DNA of 61,255 nt, filler included, from Alphaproteobacteria bacterium (GCA_024280495.1; 9 parts of 9 records of this genome joined end to end with filler, not necessarily neighbours in it), one strand, 5' to 3'; positions 19,191-29,102 are shown, counted from the first letter of the whole stretch. A program made the numbers and translations. The notes: a model not told the origin generated them from the letters alone.

Positions 19191-19849
19191 ATCTGTTTAA
19201 TGAGTTTTTGGATCACAAAAAGGCTTAATAAAGTTAGAATAAAACCACTCAGACCAAGGGCTATGATGCCTTGGTTTTTTGCGGCATTTTCAAGTGTCCA
19301 TATGGATATAATAAAAAGTGGGAGGATAAGGGGTGATATGACAATAAGGCCAATTCCAACTGTCTGTGTCCCCCTTAATGAAAGAGCTTCAACCGTTAGT
19401 AATAAAGACGTTAAGGGGACGACAAGACTTATAAAAATGAGAAAATTTCTTATGCTCATAACATCAAAAAAACCCCAAAGGACTGTTGCCGATATAATCC
19501 AAGGCAGACTGTATAAAACTATTTTTGATACAATATAAGGTGTTATATTTTTTGCTCTTCCAATGATCTCATCCAAAAAACCAGAATTTTCATCCTCTAA
19601 GATAAGGTGTTTGGATCCATTGGATAAGCCCATGAAGAGAAATATAATAAAAAGAGAAAAGGATTGTGTCGTCTTTTGAGTCTCCATATATCCTGCACTT
19701 AAAAATGAAAATAAAAAAAGAACTAGGGCAAAAATAAAGAGAGGAACAAGAATAACGTGGGTTGAAGCCCATAAGTGTCTCGTATCTTTCCTTAGAAAAA
19801 GAAAAAATAAATGCAAAAATGATAGACCATTTTTCCTTATGGAGGTCAT
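19187..19849 (-). CDS. ccmB: Heme exporter protein B (diverged)
   Basis: Six TM helices, EDENSGFLD and PLILPLFI; coupled to ccmA. Confidence 0.7.
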   Translation of the reverse strand: MTSIRKNGLSFLHLFFLFLRKDTRHLWASTHVILVPLFIFALVLFLFSFLSAGYMETQKTTQSFSLFIIFLFMGLSNGSKHLILEDENSGFLDEIIGRAKNITPYIVSKIVLYSLPWIISATVLWGFFDVMSIRNFLIFISLVVPLTSLLLTVEALSLRGTQTVGIGLIVISPLILPLFIISIWTLENAAKNQGIIALGLSGFILTLLSLFVIQKLIKQI

Positions 19850-20496
19850 AGTGCAACCCTTTTTTGAAAAACTGGAAAATGGTTTAACTTTTTGAAAACC
19901 ATGCGCGTTTTGAGGTTTTTTGAAAAAAGAGACTCAATTTCAAAATGGTGATGAACAAGACAGCAAATTCCCCCGTTGTTTAGGTGGTTTTCAATATGGC
20001 TCCAAAGTAGCTTGCAATTCTTTGCATCCAAAAAAGAAAAAGGTTCGTCTAAAAGCCATAAATCAGAATGAGCCAAAGAGAGCCGTGCAAGATTAAGGCG
20101 TTGCTGCTGACCTTCTGATAATTTTTTAAAAGGGACATCCTTGAGGAAAGTGAGATACCAATCCTTCAATAACATTTTTAAGGTAAAATTGTTTTTTTTA
20201 CCATAATAAGATTGCCAAAATTGAAGATTTTTCAGGACTGTTCTTTCTGCTTCAAAAGGGCGCTTTGATTGAATAAAGATACTGTTTTGTGACTGTTTTA
20301 TTTGCCCTGAAAAATCCTGGGAAAGACCTTGTATAGAACGCAAAAGAGTTGTTTTTCCAATGCCATTTTCACCAGAAATTAAAAGGCATTGCCCTGAATT
20401 TACCGTTAAGGATAGGGGTTGAAAAAGAGGGATACCTTCAATGTGACAGGAGGTATCTTTAAAAACTAATGAAGTGGGGAAAGTATTTTTTTGCAT
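19846..20496 (-). CDS. ccmA: Heme ABC exporter ATP-binding protein
   Basis: GENGIGKTT, LSEGQQQRLNLARL, LWLLDEPF and H...GG. Confidence 0.85.
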   Translation of the reverse strand: MQKNTFPTSLVFKDTSCHIEGIPLFQPLSLTVNSGQCLLISGENGIGKTTLLRSIQGLSQDFSGQIKQSQNSIFIQSKRPFEAERTVLKNLQFWQSYYGKKNNFTLKMLLKDWYLTFLKDVPFKKLSEGQQQRLNLARLSLAHSDLWLLDEPFSFLDAKNCKLLWSHIENHLNNGGICCLVHHHFEIESLFSKNLKTRMVFKKLNHFPVFQKRVAL

Positions 20497-20540
20497 AGGG
20501 CTAGTTTAATGCAAATTCACATAAGAGTCTCATTAAAACA

Positions 20541-21545
20541 TCATGTTGGTTTTGTCTTGTTTTTAAGTCGAACTTCACCCCAGGTGATGACCATGACGCT
20601 GGTGATAATAAAAAGAACGGCAAAGATAAGCCCTTCATTTTTGGGGAACTCGCCAAAAAGGGTAAACCCTAAAATACTTGTCAATATCAGACGCGTAAAA
20701 CCAAAGGGGGTGAGAAAAAGAACTTCGGCGTGGGCATAAGCTTTTGCCGTTGCATAATGGGCAAGGCACCCGCTTCCCCCAAGGGCAATCATCATAAGGA
20801 GCTGGTTATTGGTGGGCGTAACCCAGGTTGATGCCGCGTATATGGCACTCACAGGGATCATAAAAAAAAGTAAATAGAGGGCTAAAAGTTGTGGTTTTTC
20901 ACCAGCTTTTCCAAGCTTTCTAACGGAAAGTTTTGCCACCACAAAAAGGGCGGCTGAAATAAGAGGAAGAAAAACAACCAATTGGTCCATATCAAGCTGG
21001 CCTGAGGTTAAAGCTTTATCAGGTCGGGTCAGGACAAAGGCTCCAACCATACCAAGAAATATCCCCAATAATCGCAGCTTACCAACGTGTTCACTCAGAT
21101 AAAGTTTTGCCCCAATAACCGTGAAAATAGGCCCCGTAAACTGAAGAGCAACCACTTGGGTCATGGGCATCTTTGAGAAGGCTGTATAAAGGCTGATAAT
21201 GCCAAAAACAGCTGCAATAATGCGGATTCCATGGATCAGGGGGTGCTGTGTTTTAAGGCTGCTAAATCCATTTTTTAAGACAAAAGGTAGCATGATAAGG
21301 CACCCAAAAATATTCTGAAAAAGAACCACGACACCAGGAGTCAGAGGGTTTTCAATACCGCCTGCGCCACCAGTAAGGTAACGTACAAAGGAATTTACCA
21401 AAGCAAAGCCAACACAGGCCGTTAATTTCCAGAAAATTCCACAGATGTTCTCTCGAACAGAATTACGTTGCCAAAAAGAAGTGGGGGCTCGAGGAGGGGT
21501 GCCAAGTGAGTCTGGGATCTCTACCATAGAAGGATTTACAGTCAT
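20541..21545 (-). CDS. DMT/EamA family transporter
   Basis: About 10 TM helices; FTGPIF...LSEHVG repeat architecture. Confidence 0.9.
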   Translation of the reverse strand: MTVNPSMVEIPDSLGTPPRAPTSFWQRNSVRENICGIFWKLTACVGFALVNSFVRYLTGGAGGIENPLTPGVVVLFQNIFGCLIMLPFVLKNGFSSLKTQHPLIHGIRIIAAVFGIISLYTAFSKMPMTQVVALQFTGPIFTVIGAKLYLSEHVGKLRLLGIFLGMVGAFVLTRPDKALTSGQLDMDQLVVFLPLISAALFVVAKLSVRKLGKAGEKPQLLALYLLFFMIPVSAIYAASTWVTPTNNQLLMMIALGGSGCLAHYATAKAYAHAEVLFLTPFGFTRLILTSILGFTLFGEFPKNEGLIFAVLFIITSVMVITWGEVRLKNKTKPT

Positions 21546-21571
21546 TAATCACCTTTTTAAGAAATATAAAG

Positions 21572-22264
21572 TTAAGATTTTTTTTTGTCCCAAATAGGAT
21601 CTTTCAATTTTTCTAGGAGAAGTTTATGTTGAGCAATTTCATCATCGGTGAGTTTAAATTCACGGGCTTTGCGCAATTGGCGTTCTATGACTGTTGTAAG
21701 ATCTTTTTTCTTAAGGTCTCGTTCCTTTGATGAGGATGATATAAAATCAGGTTGAGCCCCCCCAATAAGCTCAAGGTAAACTTCCGCTAAAAGTTCAGAG
21801 TCCAAAAGAGCCCCGTGCAAAGTTCGGTTCGAGTTATCAATTTTAAAACGCTTACACAGAGCATCTAAACTTGCGGGGGATCCTGGAAATTTTTCACGGG
21901 CCATACGCAACGTATCAAGGGCTTGGGTGAAAGGAAGAGGCTTTCGATTTGCCCATTCTAATTCTGCATTAAGAAATTTCATGTCAAAACGGGCGTTATG
22001 AATGATTAAACGATCTTTTTTGATGAACTCAAGGAAAGAATCAATGTGATCTTCAAAGGGGGGATGTTCTTTTAAAAATTCAGTGCTAAGACCATGAATA
22101 TTAAAGGCTTCTTCGGTCATATCACGCCTTGGATTTACATAAACGTGAAATTTTTCACCAGTGGCGATATGATTTTTAAGTTCGATACACCCAATTTCAA
22201 CAATTCGATGTCCGAGATTAGGGTCCAAGCCCGTTGTTTCAGTATCGAGGACAATTTCACGCAT
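21572..22264 (-). CDS. dnaQ: DNA polymerase III epsilon subunit
   Basis: MREIVLDTETTG, HNARFD and HGALLDSELLAEVY. Confidence 0.98.
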   Translation of the reverse strand: MREIVLDTETTGLDPNLGHRIVEIGCIELKNHIATGEKFHVYVNPRRDMTEEAFNIHGLSTEFLKEHPPFEDHIDSFLEFIKKDRLIIHNARFDMKFLNAELEWANRKPLPFTQALDTLRMAREKFPGSPASLDALCKRFKIDNSNRTLHGALLDSELLAEVYLELIGGAQPDFISSSSKERDLKKKDLTTVIERQLRKAREFKLTDDEIAQHKLLLEKLKDPIWDKKKS

Positions 22265-22350
22265 GAGTATCTTTCTGAAAAATAAAGGTTTCTTTCACCA
22301 TATCGGAAAATCCCCTTTATATTCAAGAAAATAGTGAAAAATTAAAGTTT

Positions 22351-22455
22351 TATAGGTGACTAGTTTTTTGTTTACACTAGGCGTAAGGGACGACGGCTAT
22401 ATTTATAGCCAAGGAGCGCAACAACAAAGTGTAAACGTAAAAATAATTAGCTATG
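22351..22455. repeat. Palindromic repeat family A, copy 2 (105 bp); overlaps the rnj stop codon
   Basis: 96/105 identical to 15209-15313; central GGCTATA-TT-TATAGCC hairpin. Confidence 0.9.
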
Positions 22456-24105
22456 CCTAACAATATGGATGGAAACTATAGGTTTCTTAGCAAGAATACC
22501 ATTGATAAACTTTTTAACGCTTTGTTCGAGTCTCTCTTGAAGGTAATCATCATCCTTTGGTTTTTTAGATGTGATCGTATTAACATCTTCTTGAACAATA
22601 TATTGTAAATCAGATAATAGAGACCCTTTTTGGCCAATATCAGGTAACCCCACGATAGTGATATCAATGGGGATTAATACATTGTTTTTTTTATTAAAAA
22701 CAAGGGTTATAAAAATAGCACCGTTACTAGCAAGTTTCTCACGATTTTTAATATGTTCCCCTTTAACATGAACGATGGCAGTGCCATCAACGGCAAGTCG
22801 ACCATGCTCAACGGTCCCTTCGGCAACGGGCCCCCCTTTAATGGATAAATTAATAAGCATGCCATTGCGAGGTGCGAGAGCACGGGGAATGCCATGCGCT
22901 AAACCAAAGGCCATATGTTCACGTAGATGCGCGCGTTCACCATGAACAGGAATCAAAATTTGAGGTTTGACCCAATCGTACATATCTTTTAATTCATCTT
23001 GATTGGGATGACCTGATACATGGGTCATATCATCATAATCTGTAATAACATTAATACCTTGGTCCAAAAGACTTTCTTGGCCCTGATGAATGGCCGCTTC
23101 ATTCCCAGGAATTTCCCGTGAAGAATAAATGACGGTGTCACCAGCTTCTAACTTAATTTTTGGGTGGGTACCATTTGCAATACGCGAAAGAGCCGCACGG
23201 GATTCTCCCTGTGACCCCGTACACACAAGCAAAACCTTATGGCGATCTAGGTTGCGAAATTGAGCATCCTTTAAGAAGTTTTTATTGGATTGAAAATATC
23301 CACTGTGCACAGCTGCATCGGACATATTCCAGAGGGAACGGCCAGCGAGAACTATTTTGCGTCCAGTTTCTTCGGCGGCTTCAAGACAGGTTTGTAATCT
23401 CGCAACATTACTGGCAAAACATGCAACAATAACACGTTTTTTCTGACCTTTGATAAGCTCAATAAGGCTATCTTTGACTTCTCCCTCGGATCCTGAGCGG
23501 CCTTCAGAGAAAATATTGGTGGAATCACAAATAAGCGCCAAGGGCTTTTCATTACCAATACTTTTCAATAAGTCAACATCAGTGGCTGCTCCAATACGAG
23601 GGTCTGTATCAAGCTTCCAGTCCCCTGTATGAACAATAACACCAGCTGGTGTTGATATACGTAAAGCATTGGCTTCGGGAATAGAGTGGGTAATGGGAAT
23701 AAAAGTCACATCAAAATCACCAAGTATTACATCGTCTCCTGGATCAATTTCGATGATTTGTGCTTGGGAAAGAAGGCCTGCTTCGCGGAGTTTACCACGA
23801 ATTAAAAAAGCCGTAAAAGGCGTTGCGTAAATAGGACAACGCAGCAAATGCCAAATATAAGGGATAGCGCCAATATGATCTTCGTGACCGTGTGTGATAA
23901 CAAGGCCCAAAAGATCTTTTTTACGCTCTTCGATAAAAGAAGGATCTGGCATAATTACATCCATACCAAGGGTGCGTTCGAAGGAAACGCCAAGGTCAAC
24001 CATTAACCATTTTCCATTATAGTGGTAAAGGTTAAGGTTCATCCCAATTTCACCCGCCCCACCAAGGGGAAGAAAATAAAGATCGTTATTTTTTAATTTA
24101 GGCAA
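22447..24105 (-). CDS. rnj: Ribonuclease J
   Basis: PLGGAGEIGMN, THGHEDHIG, TGSQGE, HVSGH and PVHGE. Confidence 0.97.
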   Translation of the reverse strand: MPKLKNNDLYFLPLGGAGEIGMNLNLYHYNGKWLMVDLGVSFERTLGMDVIMPDPSFIEERKKDLLGLVITHGHEDHIGAIPYIWHLLRCPIYATPFTAFLIRGKLREAGLLSQAQIIEIDPGDDVILGDFDVTFIPITHSIPEANALRISTPAGVIVHTGDWKLDTDPRIGAATDVDLLKSIGNEKPLALICDSTNIFSEGRSGSEGEVKDSLIELIKGQKKRVIVACFASNVARLQTCLEAAEETGRKIVLAGRSLWNMSDAAVHSGYFQSNKNFLKDAQFRNLDRHKVLLVCTGSQGESRAALSRIANGTHPKIKLEAGDTVIYSSREIPGNEAAIHQGQESLLDQGINVITDYDDMTHVSGHPNQDELKDMYDWVKPQILIPVHGERAHLREHMAFGLAHGIPRALAPRNGMLINLSIKGGPVAEGTVEHGRLAVDGTAIVHVKGEHIKNREKLASNGAIFITLVFNKKNNVLIPIDITIVGLPDIGQKGSLLSDLQYIVQEDVNTITSKKPKDDDYLQERLEQSVKKFINGILAKKPIVSIHIVRHS

Positions 24106-24183
24106 GGTGGTCGTCCCTTTAATATTTTAGTTGTTTTATAAATAACGTGACTACCCCCTAAAAACCAGGAAAAAATTAATTCT

Positions 24184-24855
24184 TTAATAATCAAAATCAC
24201 CATCTTCGCTATCATCGTCGTCATCATCATTAAATTTATATTCTTTATCTTTATCACTTGCTGGGTTTGGATCAACCTTGTGAAGGTCCCATTGCTGATT
24301 TACATGAAATTTTTGCTTTAACATATCTGTTGTTTGCTCTTCTGCGACATGACAGAGAGCAGCAATGGAAGGAACAATTGTATGGAGTTTAAGAAGCCCC
24401 TTAGTTTCTTTGATACGGCCAAATTGACGTAAACGTTTTGATATTTCAGCTTTTGCAATATCTGCACGTACTTCTGGTTGAATGGAACGTATATCAACAC
24501 CAAGTAAAGCCAGCTGAACCAAAATAAGAAGTTCTAGTTCTTCTAAAACATCATAGGGGTCCTCATCATAACGATCCATAATATGCTGACAATTGAAAGA
24601 TATAATAGATTTCAGTGTTACAACGTGGGCATTGCGTCCCTTATAGGAGAAATATTGATTTTGTTTTAATACAGGCCAGTTTACGTTCAAGCCATTTTCA
24701 GGAATGGTGCGCATTGAGTAAGGGGCTGCATCTATAATGCTTGGAACAGTTACACTAAAAAGAGAAAAGAGAAAAATAGTTTTCTTGATGAATTGAAATG
24801 TCTTTTTTTGATTTATAATATTTTGGCCCATAAAAGGTGTTTTGATAGTCATCAC
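24184..24855 (-). CDS. Hypothetical exported protein with acidic C-terminal tail
   Basis: 223-aa ORF in operon context, with a hydrophobic N-terminal segment and a DDDDDDSEDGDFDY tail; no family recognised. Confidence 0.55.
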   Translation of the reverse strand: MMTIKTPFMGQNIINQKKTFQFIKKTIFLFSLFSVTVPSIIDAAPYSMRTIPENGLNVNWPVLKQNQYFSYKGRNAHVVTLKSIISFNCQHIMDRYDEDPYDVLEELELLILVQLALLGVDIRSIQPEVRADIAKAEISKRLRQFGRIKETKGLLKLHTIVPSIAALCHVAEEQTTDMLKQKFHVNQQWDLHKVDPNPASDKDKEYKFNDDDDDDSEDGDFDY

Positions 24856-25931
24856 GCGCTTTTTTCCTTATTTTGTGCATGGGATCCTTTTTGCTTACGA
24901 TTCATTTTATCATCGGCAATACGGCGTTTACCAGCTTTTTTTATTGAGGGGCGTTTAATATTGGATTGACTTTTTTGAGTACTGTTTAAGGCAGTTTCAG
25001 CCCCTCTGATATTTTGCATATCAAAAAGACTTTGTTCTGCTTGCTTAATAATAGATAAGGGCTCGATATCATCCCTAAAAGAAGCGCCTCCAACTGATAC
25101 CAGTGGGGAAAATTTCTCAGTGAGTGTGTCTATGGATATTTTGCTACAAGCATTTGCAAGGCGATCTGCTGATTTAAAAACCCCCCATTCATCTGCATCT
25201 TTAATGGCAACGCCAAAAGTACAGCCGCTTGTTCGCCCGATAACATCGTTGAAACGTATGAATTTATTTAAGGTATTCGCAACATTAAGGAGAGTATCCC
25301 GCATAGCATTTAAGCCATGTAAAAAATAAATCAAAGATAGCTTATCAATGCAAAAGGTTAAATAACCGCCAGGAGCTCCTTCTCCTTTTGTCTGAGTCAG
25401 AAGGCACGCAAGTGCCTCATACACGACTTCTTGTGATGGAAATCCAGTGAGTTGATCATAGCCGCTTAAATTTTGAATGATAGTTTGGGTGGTCGTGGTG
25501 TTTTTTTCAACCACACGAATCGTACCTTCAAGGCGTTCTGGAAAATTCTTCGATGTTTTTATCAGAATACCTTCTTCGATAATATGGCATTTCAGTTGAT
25601 TGGGTAAAGTTACTGTGTAATGGGCCTCGTAGTTTTCAACAATTTTACCTTTAAGGTGCCCCTCTTTAAGGGAGTCTTTCTTTTTTTCGCGCTTATCAAT
25701 AGCCATAAAACGTTGCCAAAAACTTTCAGGACTAAGGCGACTCAGAAAGCTGCTGCCGCTTGAAAGGGGAATGTCGGAGTCAAAAAGTTTATGAATGGGA
25801 CCATTCCAAGCTAAATGGTCTGTGCGTAAATTCCAAGTAAAATGAATGCGACCATAAAGCTTCATCAAATCAACGACACCAAGGGGGGTAGCGCAAGCAG
25901 TAACCATATTTATTAACTCCCTGTCATTCAC
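24852..25931 (-). CDS. Degenerate GGDEF-domain protein
   Basis: YDQLTGFP, RFNDVIGRTSGCTFGV (SGCTF at the GGDEF position), VSVGGA and AEQSL. Confidence 0.75.
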   Translation of the reverse strand: MNDRELINMVTACATPLGVVDLMKLYGRIHFTWNLRTDHLAWNGPIHKLFDSDIPLSSGSSFLSRLSPESFWQRFMAIDKREKKKDSLKEGHLKGKIVENYEAHYTVTLPNQLKCHIIEEGILIKTSKNFPERLEGTIRVVEKNTTTTQTIIQNLSGYDQLTGFPSQEVVYEALACLLTQTKGEGAPGGYLTFCIDKLSLIYFLHGLNAMRDTLLNVANTLNKFIRFNDVIGRTSGCTFGVAIKDADEWGVFKSADRLANACSKISIDTLTEKFSPLVSVGGASFRDDIEPLSIIKQAEQSLFDMQNIRGAETALNSTQKSQSNIKRPSIKKAGKRRIADDKMNRKQKGSHAQNKEKSA

Positions 25932-25950
25932 TTATTTTAACGGCATTAAA

Positions 25951-27237
25951 TTATGAACGCCTTTGTTTCTTTAGTCTAGCGTGAATTTCCTCTCCATAGA
26001 AGCCAATAAAAGCTAAAAATAGCCCCGCTGGAATAATCATCAATCCATTTGTGTAGGCTTCCATAGGATAAATACGAACGTTATCAATTACTTCACCAGC
26101 CCAAGAATCATTGACAGTACGACCAATAAAGTGATGAAAAACATAACCAAAAGACATGATTATCATGTTAGTGATTGCGGTAACAATGCCAGAATATTTC
26201 GCTTCAACACGCATACCATTAATGTGCATAACAAGAACTTGATAGGCACAAAAAATCCCGATCACAAATAAAGAAATTTTTGATCCAGTTAAAGAAACGT
26301 TCCCTTTTAATAAAAAGACAAAAAGAACTCCCATAATAAGCGCGCTGAATTTAACGATTTTTTTATGGGCATTTGTGCGGTCACCAATATAGGCAAGAAA
26401 GGGGGCGCCAAAACCCATACCAAAGAAAATAAGACTGGGAAGGTAAGAGGCAATTTCCTTTGGGAAATTATAGACATGGGTGAAAAATGGTGTGCCCCAT
26501 ACATCTGCAAAGCCTTCATTGGGGCCAACCATAAGAGCCGCTAGGAAAGCAGTTGAAAGCACATATGGCGTTTTAAAGGCAATACGAAGATCTTTTGCTA
26601 TGCTCCCAGTGGCCGTTGATTCTCTTGGTTTAGTGCGTTTTGGAATAAAAAATAACGTAATGAATGCAAGAATAAAGCCAAAAATAGTAAAGCCATAAAG
26701 AACCTGTTGCCAGCCGAGTATTGAGACAAGATCTTGTACAGGGCCTCCCCCATAAATAGCGCCAATTAATCCCACCATAACGGAAAATCCAAGCATGGTA
26801 CCCGTTTTGTTTGTTGGGAAATTCAAACGGATAATCTTAAAAACGCCTAAAATAGCGGTGGAGGAACCAGCCCCCAAAAGAAAGCGCCCCGCAACGGCCA
26901 ACTCCCACGAATCCGAGAGAAATAGAGGAAGAATACCAATACTACAAAGGCCCATACTAAGAGCCACAATCCATCTGGGGCTTTTATGGTCTAGTAAAAG
27001 TCCCACAGGGATATGCATGATGGCGTATCCTAAATAATAGGCTCCAGAAAAGTCGCCAAATTGCTGGGCATCCAGAGCATATTTGAGGCGAATATCATCA
27101 ATCATAATACTGGGAAAAACCCGTAGAACATATTGAAATGCATAGAAAAACGTTACGATACTCCATGCAATCCAGGCTTGAATGGCAATGGGGGCGGTGT
27201 TTTTTAGGTCTGTTTTCGGTCTTGTTTTTTGGGTCAT
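25951..27237 (-). CDS. MFS transporter
   Basis: About 12 TM helices; FFYAFQYVLRVFPS and IPVGLLLD. Confidence 0.93.
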   Translation of the reverse strand: MTQKTRPKTDLKNTAPIAIQAWIAWSIVTFFYAFQYVLRVFPSIMIDDIRLKYALDAQQFGDFSGAYYLGYAIMHIPVGLLLDHKSPRWIVALSMGLCSIGILPLFLSDSWELAVAGRFLLGAGSSTAILGVFKIIRLNFPTNKTGTMLGFSVMVGLIGAIYGGGPVQDLVSILGWQQVLYGFTIFGFILAFITLFFIPKRTKPRESTATGSIAKDLRIAFKTPYVLSTAFLAALMVGPNEGFADVWGTPFFTHVYNFPKEIASYLPSLIFFGMGFGAPFLAYIGDRTNAHKKIVKFSALIMGVLFVFLLKGNVSLTGSKISLFVIGIFCAYQVLVMHINGMRVEAKYSGIVTAITNMIIMSFGYVFHHFIGRTVNDSWAGEVIDNVRIYPMEAYTNGLMIIPAGLFLAFIGFYGEEIHARLKKQRRS

Positions 27238-27335
27238 ATTTGAAGTCTTAAATTTTTATTAATGTTTTCCATGTTAGTATTGACAAAAGTTGATCATAAA
27301 AACAAGTTATTAAAGCGTAAGTTTTGGAATAATAA

Positions 27336-28508
27336 ATGGAAAAAGACCAAAATATTCTTGATAAGTCCCGTGTAAAAGACCTCGATGATAAAGGGATAGA
27401 TCTTTTGGTGTCATCAAAAGATCTAACTGATGAACGCGACTCAATAGAAGAATTTCCTGAATTTCCCAATCCCAATGGACAAGCTCAAGAAATAGATTTT
27501 GATGATCCAGAAACGGTTTCTGTTTTAAAAGCTGAAAGAAAAACGCAACTTCCTGGGAATGACGTCGACGTCGCTGAAGAAAATCTTGAAATTGACAAGA
27601 TTTTTTTGGAAACTAATGTTAAGGGACTTGCGAGAGATCCCCGTAGACGGGACTCATTAAGCACTTATCTTAAAAACACTAAACGCTTTCCAATGTTGGC
27701 GGCCCATGAGGAAATTGAGTTGGCAAGGCGATGGATTGAAACGGGAGATGAGACAGCTAAAGAAAAAATTGTGGGCGCACATTTGCGTTTGATTGCCAAA
27801 ATTGCCCAGGGTTATCGAGGTTACAGCATGTCTATGCTAGATTTGATTTCAGAAGGCCATATAGGTATGATGAGGGCCTTTGATAAGTTTGATCCCGAAA
27901 AAGGTGTGCGTTTTTCAACTTATGCCATGTGGTGGGTTAAAGCTTCCATGAGAGATTATGTTATGCGTAATTGGTCCCTTGTCAAAACGGGGACGACGGC
28001 TGCTCAAAAGAAACTCTTTTTTAATTTGCGCACCATGCGCAGCAAGATGCTAAAAGAAGGTCAAAACTATCTTTCAAAAGTGCAAATCAATCAAATAGCA
28101 AAAGAACTCAACGTTCCCGTAAAGGCTGTTCGTGAAATGGCAAAGCGCATGAATGGAAATGATTATTCGTTAAACTCACCCATTGGCGGGGATAATGAGG
28201 GAAGTTGGCAAGATTGGCTGGAAGACGAAACTCAAAATCATGAGGCAGAGATTGCCCAAAAAGATGAATTTAAAAAACATTACCATATTGTCGAAGAAGC
28301 TTTCGAACATTTAAAACCCCGTGAACTGAAAGTTATGAAGCTAAGGCGCTTGGCAGACCCTCCTAAAACCCTACAAGAAATTTCCGTGAAATTAAACTTA
28401 TCTCGGGAACGTATCCGTCAAATTGAGATGAAAGCTTTTCTGAAATTGCAAAAAAAAGTTAGAGAAACAGTTGGTTCAAACTATCAGGGTTCAGAAATAA
28501 TAAGATAA
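27336..28508 (+). CDS. rpoH: RNA polymerase sigma-32 with a long acidic N-terminal extension
   Basis: RpoH box WSLVKTGTTAAQKKLFFNLR, DLISEG, RFSTYAMWW and SRERIRQIE. Confidence 0.92.
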   Translation: MEKDQNILDKSRVKDLDDKGIDLLVSSKDLTDERDSIEEFPEFPNPNGQAQEIDFDDPETVSVLKAERKTQLPGNDVDVAEENLEIDKIFLETNVKGLARDPRRRDSLSTYLKNTKRFPMLAAHEEIELARRWIETGDETAKEKIVGAHLRLIAKIAQGYRGYSMSMLDLISEGHIGMMRAFDKFDPEKGVRFSTYAMWWVKASMRDYVMRNWSLVKTGTTAAQKKLFFNLRTMRSKMLKEGQNYLSKVQINQIAKELNVPVKAVREMAKRMNGNDYSLNSPIGGDNEGSWQDWLEDETQNHEAEIAQKDEFKKHYHIVEEAFEHLKPRELKVMKLRRLADPPKTLQEISVKLNLSRERIRQIEMKAFLKLQKKVRETVGSNYQGSEIIR

Positions 28509-28749
28509 ATCTGGCGAAAAAAATCATGAAAATATATTCTGAAATCACTTGTCCACGTTGCGGTGTATCTAAAAGAGAAGAAATGTCGACTAATTCATGT
28601 CAGTATTTTTATAAGTGCAATCAGTGTGGCGCCCTATTGAAACCAGAAAAAGGTGATTGCTGTGTTTATTGCTCTTATGGTGATACGCCTTGCCCATCAA
28701 TGCAGAAAAAATAAAATAAATTTGGCGAGAAAAATCATGAAAATATATT
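28506..28749 (+). repeat. 33-bp direct repeat pair (28506-28538 and 28717-28749) bracketing the GDCCVxC gene
   Basis: TAAATcTGGCGAaAAAAATCATGAAAATATATT vs TAAATtTGGCGAgAAAAATCATGAAAATATATT, 31/33 identical. Confidence 0.9.
28526..28714 (+). CDS. GDCCVxC-domain small cysteine-rich protein
   Basis: ITCPRCG...CQYFYKCNQCGALLKPEKGDCCVYCSYG. Confidence 0.92.
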   Translation: MKIYSEITCPRCGVSKREEMSTNSCQYFYKCNQCGALLKPEKGDCCVYCSYGDTPCPSMQKK

Positions 28750-29102
28750 GGCTACCCCCTCAAAAGAAATGTAATGAACTGAGTGATTTTAGTTGTTAGT
28801 TTGCGTTTAAAATGGCAGTTTTCCATTTGTTTTGCCATTCTTCAGTGCTATTCAAAGCTGCCCTGAGTTGTAGCAATGGATTTAGGCTGTCTCTTGACCA
28901 TCTCATGTGTTGCTGCCCTTTGCACCTCTGATTAATAAAACTCTCTAGCGTGCTTTCTGCCAAGTTACTGGTAAAGACATTTGCTAACTTTTGACGCTCA
29001 CGATAATTGACTACACGAGAAGAATTATTGGAAATATAAGTGTGGAACTTATTGATTTTATCAATAGTTTTCTTACTATTTTTTTCTTCCGCTAACTCAG
29101 TT
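28750..29102 (-). mobile_element. ISKra4-family transposase 3' fragment (coding 28796-29102), interrupted by IS3
   Basis: TYISNN...VNYRER...TSNLAESTLESFINQRCKGQQHMRWSR...LLQLRAA; the element end near 28750 is approximate. Confidence 0.75.

Noticed and set aside
28526..28714. Possible selenoprotein (some GDCCVxC members are)
   Set aside because: No in-frame TGA; all positions are Cys
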